From positions 930,001 through 994,000 of the forward strand of contig JAYWIR010000031.1 of NCBI GenBank assembly GCA_036172245.1: 64,000 nucleotides of DNA, written 5' to 3'. The position numbers were made by a program, and so were the translations under genes. This stretch comes from Raillietiella orientalis (lineage: Eukaryota). Positions 51,057 through 64,000 of this stretch are shown piece after piece (position 1 is the first letter of the stretch; every line of letters begins with the position of its first letter). The notes under the pieces are model-generated. The model had not been told where the DNA came from. It ran no database searches and worked only from the letters and a program-made list of their open reading frames with translations.

Positions 51057-51780
51057 TTTTTTTTTTTTTTTTGGTTCGCTAAGTGCTCAAGAGCCGTTCC
51101 GCTTGGCGACTCACGAAGCTCTCTCTAACGCAGTTCCATGCCACCCGGAGCGCGCGTGTCAACTCTTCAAGTCAGAGGGTGCCCCGGACCCTCTGACTAC
51201 ACCCATGAATATGGGAAGGGCACAGGAGGAAGGAATTCCGTTCCTCTGACGCTTCGGAGAAGGGAACCCCTTCCTTATTTTCTCCGGAGGGAACCCCCAA
51301 TTTGTGGAAGATGCTCCTCATTTCTTCTCTGGAGGGAACCCGCAAAGGAACCGCCCCTTGTTTCCTCCTCCTCTGAAGAGAACCCCGAAGGGGCGCTTCC
51401 CGATTTCTTCGAAGGGTCATCCCCCGCAGGGAGCAGAGCGCTTCTTCACGGTCTGGAGAGGGATCGACTCACCAGCTCTATGGTACGAGATAATGGGGGT
51501 CATTCTCCGAGGGGGGAGGGGAGGAGACGGCTCCATTCTCACAACCGGAGGGAAACCTCGAAGGACTCCTTGATTCCTGGAAGGACCCCAAAAGGTCAAC
51601 TTTCGAACCCTGCCGGTATCCGGCTCCCGGCTTCCCGCCAGTGCCTCCGCACCGAGACAACCAGGGTCATCTTGCCGGAGGAACTCGAAACCAACGACGC
51701 TCCCATCTCTTTTGAATCGATTCTTTCCGGGTATTAGAACCTTCAACGCTTGGTGCAACGCAAGCGGAGGGCATGACCAC
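51057..51780 (-). mobile_element. Dispersed repeat copy 4 (LINE ORF1-like remnant) ending in an A16 tract
   Basis: ctaagtgctcaagagccgttc (51079) matches ctaagcactcaagaaccgttc (1804). A T16 run at 51057-51072 lies immediately adjacent. Confidence 0.6.
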
Positions 51781-54211
51781 AGGACCTCCAACGCAGTCTC
51801 ATTTTGCTTCTGTTATAGCATCGTATCCCCCCTCCTCCCTCGTATGTTAGAAATTAATGAGCATTTTTGTGTCCATGGATTCAGATACTGCGGAAGGGAA
51901 AGCTCTCTCTGTCCTCACAGATGGAGAGGTATTCAGTCTGGAGTATGAGAAAGCTGTGATGCTAATAAGAAGGCATAGAAAGATGGAATTATGAGACAGC
52001 TTCACCTGGATTCAGAAGATCAAGGCGGCATGGACATCTATTCGAAAAGGGGGTGGTACTGATCTTAGTGCTAACCGAACCATGAACCTTAGTCATCTCA
52101 AAAACTCTTCGCTGCTGCTGAATCGATTTTCGTGCATCAGTTTAACCTGATCACACTCTTCGTCCACTGAGCATGGCGAAATTTCCTCCAGGGAATGTCA
52201 GATTGATGGGTGGATCCCTAAAACCTGAGGGGGATGGAGGAAAAGGCTCCCTGACAACCATGAGAGCCACCTCTTGGGGTTCAGGCAGCTGCCTCTGTAC
52301 CTTTATGATGTCCGTTTACGAAATCGAATCCCCAAGAGTTTCTCCAGCTGCAGATCCACGGCGCCATCCTGAGCCATTTGCAGAGAGACGCACCACGGTG
52401 ACGAAGGCAGATGATTTGTGATCCTTGTTTTCCGATGATTTATGATCGGCGAGAAGCAAGGAAGGGCGACATTCAGAAGTGCTTGGCAATTATCACCGAG
52501 GCGGCCACGGAGGAGCTGATTACTTCTTGATTCGGCCGTGGATGTTTCCCGTTTGTCTCCCGAGGCTGCCCGTAGAGAGCCCGCTGAAGATCTCGGTGGT
52601 GGGGTGGGAACGAGGGAATCGGAAATCCCAACTCGTCGTCGTCCGAACTCCGAACTTCGGCCGCTTCTTTGCGAGTCGTCATCGTTGCATCCAGAGAGCC
52701 ACACGTGAAAGAGGCGTACGGAAGAACAGCAGCTTGCCGCACTCGGGGTTTTCACATCGGATTCACTTCCTGATGCCGTCCGAACCAGCATGATGCTGGG
52801 AGGGAGGGAGCAGGAGCGAATCTCATGCCTCGTGCAGCTGCTTTCCCGATCCTTTCGCGGGCGACTCAATGGTACGGTAGGCAGCTCTCGAGATATCCAG
52901 GAAGGAGTTTCCGTTCTGCTCTTCCGGCAGGGTTTGCTTGCTCGGCCGGTCGCCGCAGCAACGCAGCACCACGCGCAGCCGAGAGAGCGGCAGTGGTCTT
53001 TCCGTGGAGCCCACCTCGGCGCGAGATGCGGGCACGCCTTCCGGGAACCAGAACTTCGAGGAGGAAAAATCGTCCTTGCATTCGGTGACACGTGACGACG
53101 TGCCGCCCAGTTGCCGTCTGGCAAAAAGAAGACTCGGAAACTCGTCCGACCTACGCGCGTGGAAAATTCAGGCATGATTTAACTTCAAGGCGCTTTGAAG
53201 TGCCCTAGTAAATTTTGTCCCCCTTGGTAATTCTCTCTGAAAGTTGCCCGATATCCAAATGATGTCATCGTTTCGATACCCAGAAAAAAATAAAGTAAAA
53301 TAAAATGATCCCGCGCATCATGTTTTCCTGGGGGACCTCGTTGTCTCTGAGATAAAGAAGACCTACACCATGTGTTGGAAGACATTCGGCAAGGTAAAGA
53401 CTTTTTGCCAGGGATAAATAGGTGAGGAGGAATAATTTTCTCTCATGGTGGCGGCTGAGCCTCCGCCATCGGCGGTCCTCGTGGCCACAAAGGGTGCATC
53501 ATTTTAATGTTACGAAACTCTCACCTTTTTGGGGGGGGGGGGGACAGGGCGAGTAGCTCCGTCGAGCTCTGCCTGCTTTACCTCGTCGACGAGTCTATCC
53601 GTTTAGAAACGCCACATTTCAAAGTGCCTCTGATGAGGTTAATTGCCTGAAACGACTACACCAATGGATGACTTTCATGTGGAGGATGTCTTTCCCCCCC
53701 CCCTAGCAGAGAGAGCGATTCAGGTATTAAATGCCGCGTGACAGCCAGAATTTCAAAGTCCACACGCTTTCCTCCTTTTCGCTTTCTCCCCCCATTTTTC
53801 TTACCGTCGAAGACCCTGTGGGTTCTTTCTGAAGGAAGACGGTTGGGGGTGAGAAGCTCGGCGTTTCCAGCGCCAGCTTTTTTGGTTGCGTTCTCCTTCT
53901 TCGCGGCGAAATCTGGAGCCATTTCGGGAAGGCTAATTCTTCAAACTTTCTCATGGTGCTCGGACCTGACTTTTACAGAAAAGCAAGTTAAAATAACAGC
54001 GTAAATTATTCGGAGCCTCGGTGCGTGCAGGCAGAACGTGACTCCCCGGAGTGACAGCTAGTTTTTTAGTGAATGCGCCGCCTAAGGGGATGAGCGAAAT
54101 GCAGGGAGTGAGAAAAGTGGGCGCTCTCGAGGATATCCTGACTCGAATTCGCAGGGGGAATTTTTTTTTCCTAGGTTTCGGCAAGGGTGGCACCCTTCCC
54201 AGATGTCGCTG

Positions 54212-54283
54212 CACACACGAAGACCTGCCGAAATTCAAATGTCATTCAAATTCAATTTGAATTTTAGCAGGTCTTCGTGTGTG
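54212..54283. repeat. 29-bp-arm hairpin (14-nt loop), possibly the core of a ~150-bp foldback/MITE
   Basis: cacacacgaagacctgccgaaattcaaat / atttgaattttagcaggtcttcgtgtgtg gives 27 WC pairs, 1 G:T and 1 mismatch. Weaker complementarity extends to about 54169 and 54322. Confidence 0.85.
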
Positions 54284-56331
54284 GAATCCGGAAAGGCCCT
54301 TTCTCGACTACCAAAACCAAGGGAAGAGGGAAGCTGTGGTTTGTTTCCCTGGATACAAAAAACTGACCCCTTTACAAAGTCCCGACCGTTGATGGATGCT
54401 CGCGTGCTTAAAGGAAATGAGTAGCTGCTGCATTTATCTGCTGACTGATATCATTTTCAGAAAAAGCACCAAGGAGCATTGATTGAAGATCAATGCTCCT
54501 ACTTGGCAAATATAGATGTAAACTAATTTCTCCGCTTGGAGGTATAGAACGTGGGTCGAGGCTGTCGAAAATTTTTTCTAATCCAGATGCTCAGAGTCTC
54601 GTTTCAAGATCTATTTTTTGAGAATATTCAGACCTTCTCCCCACCTGATTAGACAGCAATGATAAACACTGATTCAGCAGGGCACGCGAGGTGCTGCAAG
54701 AAAGACTTCTATTAGAAAAATCTTTTGAACTAAAGTTGTTTCGCATAGTGGTTTCCAACTCCTCGAAGTATCCATGAGCTGTTTCATATTTCTGCGATGC
54801 TACCGGAAAGACAGCCAAAGACGAAACCATCTATCTATCGATAGAGGTCGTTTTCAATGCATTAGACTTATGGATTGCATACTGCCGTTTGGTAATTGGA
54901 TTGATCAATGGTTTCAGTGAATAAATAACTGAGGCCTTTTTATTTCAAATTACGACTTTTCCAATACTGATCGAACCCAACTGCGAAGACTAAGGACTCA
55001 TACCAAGTGTAAGTGTGCTCACACCAAGCAAGAAGTCCTGCGAATAACATGCGAACCCTACATTTCAGTTTCGCTGGGATCCGAACACAGTGCGAGGATT
55101 CGTGCATACCGATGGCTTGATTTTAGGGAATAGAGCATTCCGATGTGGATGCAGTCCAAAAGAAGGGAAGAATCGGCTGTTCTAATGGAAACGGCCAGTA
55201 GGGATCGCCGATTCATCCTGGAAATCCCTCTATTTCGTTTCCCCCCCGTCCGCAAACTTGGGACGTTTCCTATATGCAAAACCTTCCTGAACATGGCGAG
55301 AATACTCCTCTTTTTTATTCTTGCTTTTAAGCGATTTCACATCTCATGCAATCCTTTGCAAACGATATAGCAGAATTTTAAGGTCAATAACAACAAAAAG
55401 AGAAATGCCTTTACTCTTTCACAGAATCAATCAGAGCCATCTGTATTGCAAAAACTTTTCTTCGAGCTGATTTCGGGAGTTCATTTAACTACTTCTCGCT
55501 TCCCTAATTGTGAAAGTTATATGCTTGGCTTAGAAGAAATTTCCATGCCCCTTGGTCCATGTCAGATATTTTTTGTCTTTGAGCAAAACTCTGTTGTTCT
55601 TAATCCTGTGTACACGCGCACACATGACGAATTACATTTCTACTTACGACTTCCAATCCTCGAAAATGATTTTAATGTATGATGCTCACACAAACTGCAA
55701 AAAGAGTTTGATGTCAAAGAAAACAATCATTCCAGGCGATTCCCTGGATGCCTGGAAAACTCGTGCTACCTTTACTGAAATGCTCCAGTCATTATTAATC
55801 CTCTTTGGACAGACTTTAGATTGATAACCACGATCAGCAATGAAGATGGCATATGCGGTCGTCACTAGCCGCCATTTTTGCTCCAGCTTCCGATGGACCC
55901 AAACTGGATTCACACGAAAGTCTTGAAACATCAGTGAAAACCTACGCTCATTTGGTCATCTGAAAGGAACTTTCAGATCACACCCTCGAAGAAAGAATAC
56001 GATATCTCACCAAACCCTCGCTCCGTTTTATTATTTCTACCAAGAAACATCAAAGCACTTGAAAAGGTACTTCAAAAGAAAAAAGCACTGCGCAGTCTCG
56101 TTGCATCGAAGCACGTAGAAGCACCTCAAAACCAAAAGCCCCCGCACGGTCTCGTTGCCCTTGAACGCGTATGGGGAGTCCAACGGGTACCCAAGCATCC
56201 ACCCGGATCATATGTGGAAAATGACTGAAATCAGAACCGGAAGAAAGAAGGCGCAAGGAAACATGAAACCACCCCTCAGTTTCCATTCCGTGATTCAAAA
56301 ACTTAGGGAGGTCTTTCCATGTCCAAGTTCT

Positions 56332-57023
56332 CAAGTTCTTGCTGCAGCCAGCGGCTCGTGAGCTGCATCTTAGTGGCCAAGGACCGACTTTCGGGAAATC
56401 AGCCACTCGGGCAGGCGTCGGAGGAATTCGGTGCCGGGATCGGAGCTGGGCTGCTGGACGCAGGCACTTTTTTTGAGGACGATCGGATCAGGGCTGCTGG
56501 ACGCAGGCACTTTTTTTGAGGACGATCGGATCAGGGCTGCAGGCGGTGCAGCAGAACTCGACGTCTTCGTCACGTGAGGCACAGGGCCCACGGCACTCTT
56601 CGAGTCCGTTGCTTCCAGCGTGCGACGTCCTTCCGAAACGTGCACTGTCCTTCCCCGATCGGATTTGCGGAGAGAGATGCGTCCGACGGTTTTCCTCTCG
56701 CCGCTGCCTTTCTTCGATGCCGAACGTTCGGCCCTCAACGGAAGAGTGGACGGACACCCGAGGACGCACTTCCACGCCCGCGCGCCCAGGACTCTCGTCC
56801 AGTTTCGGACGAGCCGTCCCTTCCTGGGAAGCATGGGGGGAATCTGCCTGTCCATCGCCATGCGCCCCGCACATGACATCCAGCCAACACCAAAATAGCG
56901 GTGCTGGCGAGGTCAGAGGTGAAGATGAATGTGTTTTCGTTTCAAGAAGGCTAGCACGGTGCTGGTTGAGGTGCTGTGTAATACATAGAAATACATTCTA
57001 GCACGAGTCAGTTCCAAGGAGCA
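56332..57023 (+). repeat. Left arm of a long near-identical inverted repeat; contains an internal 43-bp tandem duplication (56448-56533)
   Basis: Reverse complement of 60051-60699, with only scattered substitutions plus the 43-bp duplication. Confidence 0.95.
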
Positions 57024-60000
57024 TTCGCGGGGTAAGCTCGGACTCGTTACATCCGCAGTCGATGCTGTCACCACTTCTGTTTTGATGAAATGATGTGCGG
57101 GAGGATAACTCGGAACGAGATGACGTCAGAAATTTGAGCACAGTCTTCTCTGGACTCCCATTGCATCAGCGAATCGGTCCACCGAGTTCTGAACAAACTG
57201 GTTGGCATGAAAACGGGAAAAGAAGTCATTCGATCTGCGTATTTTGAGAATGAGGTGGCGACTTCATCAGAAACTTTCTCTCCCCAGGGAAACACACCGT
57301 AGTTGGCAGGATGCGAGGAACTCCAGTGAAGGTGCTTCAAGATGAAGAAACCGATAGCATTCGCTGTGCTAACAACCGGAAATGCTCTGTGTCCCTTGAA
57401 TGGACTCTTGACTCCAAGTGCCCCACAGATACATGGGCTTTTCGATTTTTTTTTTTTCTTTTTTGCTTGCGTGAGCCCAGAGAGGAAAGTCACTGAAACC
57501 TCGATCCGTTTTCGTTAAGTCATCCCAGTTTGAGTACTTGTTGAGCTTTCTTTTGCTTTAGAAGAAAAGGTCTGATTCCATAACACCGCGTTTCTTTTTT
57601 AAACGATGCTTTCAAAGAGATCAAAGAGAGAAAAACTCGATGAGGTCTTTCCTTCCTGTTCCACAGATAAATAAGGAAACGGAATGTAACTTCACAGTTG
57701 AAGGGTTAGATCAGATTTCTTTAGCTGCTGAATCATGTGCTGCAGTTGCTCAGTGGAAATCTACAGTCAAAGAACGTTTATTCCGTCTATGATGCCCATC
57801 TTTTTCACGTCTTCTCAGGAAGTCCCTTATTACCCCATCCGTCCCAAATGACGCTGTTTTTTTCATATGCAGTCATAGCACTAATCCGGTTTCAGAGATA
57901 AATGGCACAGTAGGGCCATCGCCGCTAGCAAGCAGTCGATTAATTTCTCGAGCGGTGTGTTTAGCCTGTAAAAGCTGCACCACTGTCATCTGGTATTGCA
58001 GTGTTGCCCAGACACTCTCCATCTCCTAGAGTAAGATGTATTTCACTCTAGGCACCACAAAATCTCCTTTTCGCTCGATTCTGCATTGGCTGCTTTGCTA
58101 TCGTTCGCGAAAACCACATCCCTTCTTTTACCAAGCAGTTCTTTCTTTCGCCTTGTATTCGGAAGGGACTTTATTCCATTGATGGTGGCTTCGCTGTGTA
58201 CTTCGAGCAGCTCACACACATAACATATGCAGCAGCTACTGCGTTTTTGGTGTTGAGCGCATGGAGTTTATGTTTGCCCGCCAATCACACGATTTCCTGA
58301 TCCTAGTGGGATTTTGTGTATCCCAGCTTTCCCTTTTTTGATCCAGGTGGCTGTTTCGATTGAATGAGAGGGAATCCTCCCTTTCAAAAGTGCAGTCTTC
58401 CTTGTTGTGTTTCCTACTTGCACCAACGAATAGGTTCACCAAGCTCTGACCAAACTGGAATGGGAATTCAAGTTCATGCTTGCCATTCACTTATCTATTC
58501 TATGATCACTAGGGCGCCCCAGCAAAACCGCCATGGGCTATCGATTTTCTTTACAGTAAACTAACGCAATGGAAAGAGCAGCATAACTTCAAAATTGGGC
58601 GAGGGGGGGGGGAAGGAGACTGACCATTTTAATTCTGGCTTACAAGTCCACTCTTCCTGTACACATCTATGTCGAACATAGATGCATTGGCCGAAGGAGA
58701 ATTTCCCGTTTTCCACAGATTGGGAAGGCCATCTCTGGAAAATTGTGATCACATGAAGATTCGTAAATAGCCTACATAGCAGTATTTTGCAGGAACGCGA
58801 CAAGGGAGTGGATCGGAAAGGGATGCTTTTGCAGAACATCACGAACTCGAAGGAAATGCATCTTCCATACGGAAAACAGAAGCGTATCGAAGGAGCTCCA
58901 AGGATTCCAAGTCGCAGAGATTGCGCGATTCTGCAATTTCCCTCACCCAACAACCAGAGAACAAGAAAAATAGACGCAAACAAAAATCCAATGGAGAATC
59001 AAATATGGACCCGGAAAATGCAAGAATTTGCTCATTTCAGGACCATTTCAAATTCCTCCTCGTTTTGTTCAGATTTCGTCGAAATCAATCGAAATATCCC
59101 ACTGGCCTGCCGAGTAGCACAAGTATTTCGATTCTTGCATTATGGCACTGAGTTCAACCCTGGTCAGTTAATTATCGCTGGAGTCACTGAGCAACAGGAG
59201 CATTTGCATCAGTGAGCACAATTGCGACGTCTCGACACAGATGCCAGCACAGGCCTCCTGGAATCTTATCTCGAGCTGATGCAATAGCAGCAATGACTTT
59301 TCCTTTGCTCTATCCGACAAAAAGACCGGTTGATGACATTTCTGTGCTCGACTATCACTTTTCGATTTGCGGTGATGGACTGCTAGAAGCCATTCACACA
59401 GATGGGGCATCCATTCGCTTTGTTTGTTTCAACCGCATTTTTCTGAGTGACTATATTGTGATCCAAACTTCTGATGATGTCATCTTCCAAGGTCACCTAG
59501 GCAAGTGCACTTTTTGAGGTGCAAAGATATTCTTTGCACCTTTGCACCTCATCTTTGCACGTCAGCTTTTCCAGTTTTCCAAAATGCGCGTACACAACGG
59601 GTTCCTTTCAAGTCAATTGTGTTTTTAATCTGCTCCATTTCGGCATCTTTTCCTCCGATAGTCTTCTTTATCTCATCTGGATGAACGTGGTCTGCCGTAA
59701 TTACCTACAGATCCAAAGAATTTTTTGCTGATGGTGGAGAAAACGAAAAGATCAAAATTAGAAACTTCGCTTTGGGATGCCTTTACCCAAAACCATGGAT
59801 GATGACATTAAGGTTCTCACCGGAAGCTACAAGTCTGGCTCCATCGGATGCATAGCGAGATGCTCCTCAGAAACTTCACTGCCAGCCTGCACGAGTAGTG
59901 CTGCCTGCTGTTGGGTATTGCAGCGAACGTGCTTTTGCGAATTGCGAATCACAACACCCATGGCTTGGTTGTTTGCGCTCTCACAAAAACGCGTATCCTG

Positions 60001-60050
60001 CAGATGCGACCACCGTGGGTTTCACCCCATCCCCACAGAACACAAATCCG

Positions 60051-60699
60051 TGCTCCTTGGAACTGACTCGTGATAGAATGTATTTCCATGTATTACACAG
60101 CACCTCAACCAGCACCGTGCTAGCCTTCTTGAAACGAAAACACATTCATCTTCACCTCTGACCTCGCCATCACCGCTGTTTTGGTGTTGGCTGGATGTCA
60201 TGTGCGGGGCGCATGGCGATGGACAGGCAGATTCCCCCCATGCTTCCCAGGAAGGGACGGCTCGTCCGAAACTGGACGAGAGTCCTGGGCGCGCGGGCGT
60301 GGAAGTGCGTCCTCGGGTGTCCGTCCACTCTTCCGTTGAGGGCCGAACGTTCGGCATCGAAGAAAGGCAGCGGCGAGAGGAAAACCGTCGGACGCATCTC
60401 TCTCCGCAAATCCGATCGGGGAAGGACAGTGCACGTTTCGGAAGGACGTCGCACGCTGGAAGCAACGGACTCGAAGAGTGCCGTGGGCCCTGTGCCTCAC
60501 GTGACGAAGACGTCGAGTTCTGCTGCACCGCCTGCAGCCCTGATCCGATCGTCCTCAAAAAAAGTGCCTGCGTCCAGCAGCCCAGCTCCGATCCCGGCAC
60601 CGAATTCCTCCGACGCCTGCCCGAGTGGCTGATTTCCCAAAAGTCGGTCCTTGGCCACTACGATGCAGCTCACAAGCCGCTGGCTGCAGCAAGAACTTG
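60051..60699 (-). repeat. Right arm of the long inverted repeat
   Basis: Reverse complement of 56332-57023; the ORF track shows mirror-image peptides. Confidence 0.95.
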
Positions 60700-63600
60700 C
60701 GCGTGACACTTTCGAAGTTCAGTGATGGCTGTCACGTAGCTGCCATTGCAATTTGTCTTCACGGTTGTTCATTTTCTCGTTTCGGCTCGATGTTGTTTCC
60801 ACTCATTTCAGTGAACACTTTGATTGTTCGCGTTGTGGCAAACGCTAATTGGGAGCCGTAAGGATGAGAGAATCAGTGGTTTGTCTGTCGTACTGGAAGT
60901 ACATGAGTAATGATGAAAATGTGGGATATCTTTCCCAGGATATTCTCCAGCTGGCAGGACGTTTTTCACGGCGGACTGTAATTTGGATGCGCCGATAAAA
61001 TGCATAGACCTCAATGTTGGGAATTTGCTATCCATCAATGTTTGAATTCATAAACTTCAAGTGGGATTCTTTTTTTCTGTTGAGAAAAAAAAAAAAAAAA
61101 AACGAAAGGCGTAATTAAATAAGGATTTAAATTAGAGGTGAATGGTTATTAAGGTGCACGATGCAGATATATACGCATTAAAGTTGGCTTTTTATTCTGC
61201 GCTGTGTATTCTTTCTCCCGAATGCTATTGTTCGTCTGGAGGGCCATTCATTTTTATGTCAGTGAGGGTTGTTGACACGATGTCAGGAGAATGTCTGAAA
61301 ACAGCTTTTGTTCGTAGGGCACAACAACTTCCTAGGAATTAAGAAAAAAAAAAAGAAAAAAACGCACGCAACAGCTCTTTAATTATCAGTGCACTTGTTC
61401 TTTGCATGTAGGCGTGTGTTGCTGAATATTCGGCTCCACGTAGGCAATTTAAGGATCAGGCGATCCTCAGGCACACTCTTCAGAAGTGACTGCGTTCTGC
61501 TGAAGTCTTTTAATGAGGCTGCTATCTGTTTCTGGTGAGGGCATCGTCCAAGTTCGGAAATATCGACATGCTCCGAGGTGTTTTTCGTTTCTTCTCGTGA
61601 GAACAGCTTGAAGAATTCAAACTTCTTGTAGCAATAAATGAATGATGAATGAGATTTTTCATTTAATTCCGGCAATCCCTGTTGCGTTTTACTGTCGCCC
61701 TCTCAACCTGAATCTTTGGAAGAGCGAGAAAACTCTCCTCTTGGAAGTTAACTTGCAGCATTCGTCTCCCTTTTGCTGAGGTTTTGCGCTCATACACTTC
61801 ATATTCTTCCATGTATTTTTTTTTTTTCCTCAGACTTCATTCATGTATTCTTGGGAAGAAGCAAAAATATGATCATACGAGGTGGTCAAAGTGAGAATGA
61901 GGACCCACGGCAAAGATGTTGGTGAGTGGTCGAAATGGTACTTTAAAATGCGATAGGGGTACCTAGATTGTGAGGAGCTTTGAAAGATGTATTCAGAAAC
62001 TGTCCAGCAGAAAAGAAAAGAGCATCTATGAGCGCAAATCACTCGCAAAATGGAGGCATTGAGAAGAATCTGGAGAGGTAGTTCTCTGAACTCCTGCCAT
62101 CCATTCAGTGAAGATGGTGAAACGTGAAAGATAATAATTACTACAAGGGGAGAAAAATGTGCACAGTTAAAGTTTTCGAGTTACTCGACGGAAATTACAC
62201 AGATCAAATCGACTGGAAATGCAGCTTGCCATAATGAGAGGTCCATTTATGACTCAAAAATGACTTTTTCTTGAAGAACCCTCGAGAGTTCTGCCGAGGA
62301 GCCATCATCCTACATAGCAGCTCCACTGCATATTAGAAAGTATCTACCATTTTCTTCTCTTCTGATTTCGGAGATGTCTAAATCTTGAATTATAAAAAAA
62401 AAAAAATTCTCTATTCGTTTCAATCACATCGAAAATCACGTCATTCGTCTTTCGTTTCGAGTCACAAGAAAAAAGCGCCATCAAGTACATGGATTACGCT
62501 GATCAAGATCAAGATTTAATTAAGACAAAGTACTGTGGCCTTGGCAGTGGACTCGGTTCTATGGCTTTGGTGGATGCACGTTGCAGTTTCCGTATCTCTG
62601 TTTTTGATTTTCGTCATTTCCACATGCTAGAAGACCTTGGTTGCCTGGATGGTCACGCGTGCATGATGAAGCAAAAGGGTGCTCGTATATACTAGCATTC
62701 TCGTGCACCAAATCTGTACACATGAAACCTGTGTGTGTTCGTTATGCAGATATTCACAGACGAAGAGCCTACTGGTCTCGATCGTTACTGAGAGCGGATC
62801 CAGACTCTGGTCGACTCTCCTCTCGATTCAAGAGCCTTCCACACCACGAAGGTCTTCTTGCTGGTGGTTTCCGAAGCGTTTCACTGCGTTTAGGAAGATG
62901 ATCCTCCCACCGTTTTGGAGACTTGGATTTCGTGGTTCGACTGATCGATTCGCTGTCGATGTCCAGGCGGTGGAATTCTCTTCTGCTCCTCTCAGGTACT
63001 TTCAGCCAGCTCCAAATTATCTTCGGATGAAAGGTCCCTCTCCCACAGGCAATGTACCATCCGTGAATATTGAGGCCAGGAAGTTTTCTGATCGACACCT
63101 GTTGAAGAAACGGAAATTCATTCAAGGGAAAACAAAACACGCAATCATCGTCAGATTTTCAGATGGCAGACGGGGAGGAATAAACAACCTGTAACAGGAG
63201 AGGTATTGAATAAAAGGGAGTGCTGACAGCTGCTGCTGCAAAGGGACTTGCGAAAGATGGTCTGAAGAAACCCATCTCTCGCAGCGGAGGGTATCATTAA
63301 TTAAGGCTGGTCATCATCGCGAGGTTTTCCGACATCAGCGAATGAAGCGTATCCGACGCAGCTTGAAAATCCCATTTCAGCAGTGCGTGGACGAATAGGT
63401 GAAGGAGCAGGGGTGCTCCCAAGAACATCGGGAGGGTCAGAATATTCAGATTGGATCAAGTGAAATTTCTTTGTTTTCATTCGTTTGTGATTGGAATCTC
63501 GAGATGGTTTTCCGGTCTCAGGGAGTGAAGACGCAGTTTCGGGTTTCCGACTTTTTCAAAATCTTAGCGAATGACGGCAAAGGAACCGATCTCGAGTACC

Positions 63601-64000
63601 TGAGTTGGCCGAGACCATCGCGGGACTATGACTCGTTGCTTTTTGCATAGGGAAGATTGTACGTGCGTTCAAATAGATTTGTGTATTAATCTATGTAATA
63701 AACATGTGTGTTGGATTTTTGGTGATCTCTCGGGGCTGCGATCGTTCGGGATTCCGGGGAAAAAAAAAAAAGATTTGAAGGGGAGTGCCCGCTGGCCGAG
63801 CGTTCCCGCTCCTCGAGAAACGGGGATATTGCGCGGGAAAGTCTCCGGACAGCACCACCTCACCTTCCAAGCTGCAAAGGTCCCGGGAAAAAAAGGCAGG
63901 AACTAGGCAGCAGGTTTCAAAGTTCACCAAAGCCTTAAAAACGCTGGAACAGAGAAGCTAAGGGTTCTCGAAAAAAAAAAGAAAAAGAAACACTCAACTC

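Noticed and set aside
52303..53175. 290-aa minus-strand ORF
   Set aside because: Ser/Arg-rich with no domain; only the terminal EKLLGIRF hints at an RT remnant, which is insufficient.
55686..55931. IFIADRGYQS motif resembling a DDE transposase
   Set aside because: A single short motif without other catalytic context.

Overview
Eukaryotic, probably invertebrate/arthropod-like genomic DNA. That assignment is inferred from GT-AG introns of about 50-190 nt, TATA boxes, a TCAGT initiator, AATAAA signals and microsatellites; no prokaryotic operons, rRNA, tRNA or CRISPR arrays were seen. Three spliced, same-strand (+) genes for small secreted proteins can be built by hand at 15443-16010, 25552-26215 and 39672-40966. 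All three have a 3-6 codon first exon, a phase-0 intron inside the signal peptide, a short pro-region ending in an R-x-K-R furin-type site, and an FGG-containing low-complexity mature region. Two also share a DLKGSGS motif followed by a phase-1 intron and are clear paralogues. The rest of the window is mostly decayed transposons: many Tx1/L1-like LINE pieces (zf-RVT, RT and ORF1 remnants), Mutator-like transposase traces and MITE-like hairpins. There is also a near-identical ~650-bp inverted duplication (56332-57023 / 60051-60699). Most ORFs in the supplied track are spurious, and transposon boundaries given here are approximate.
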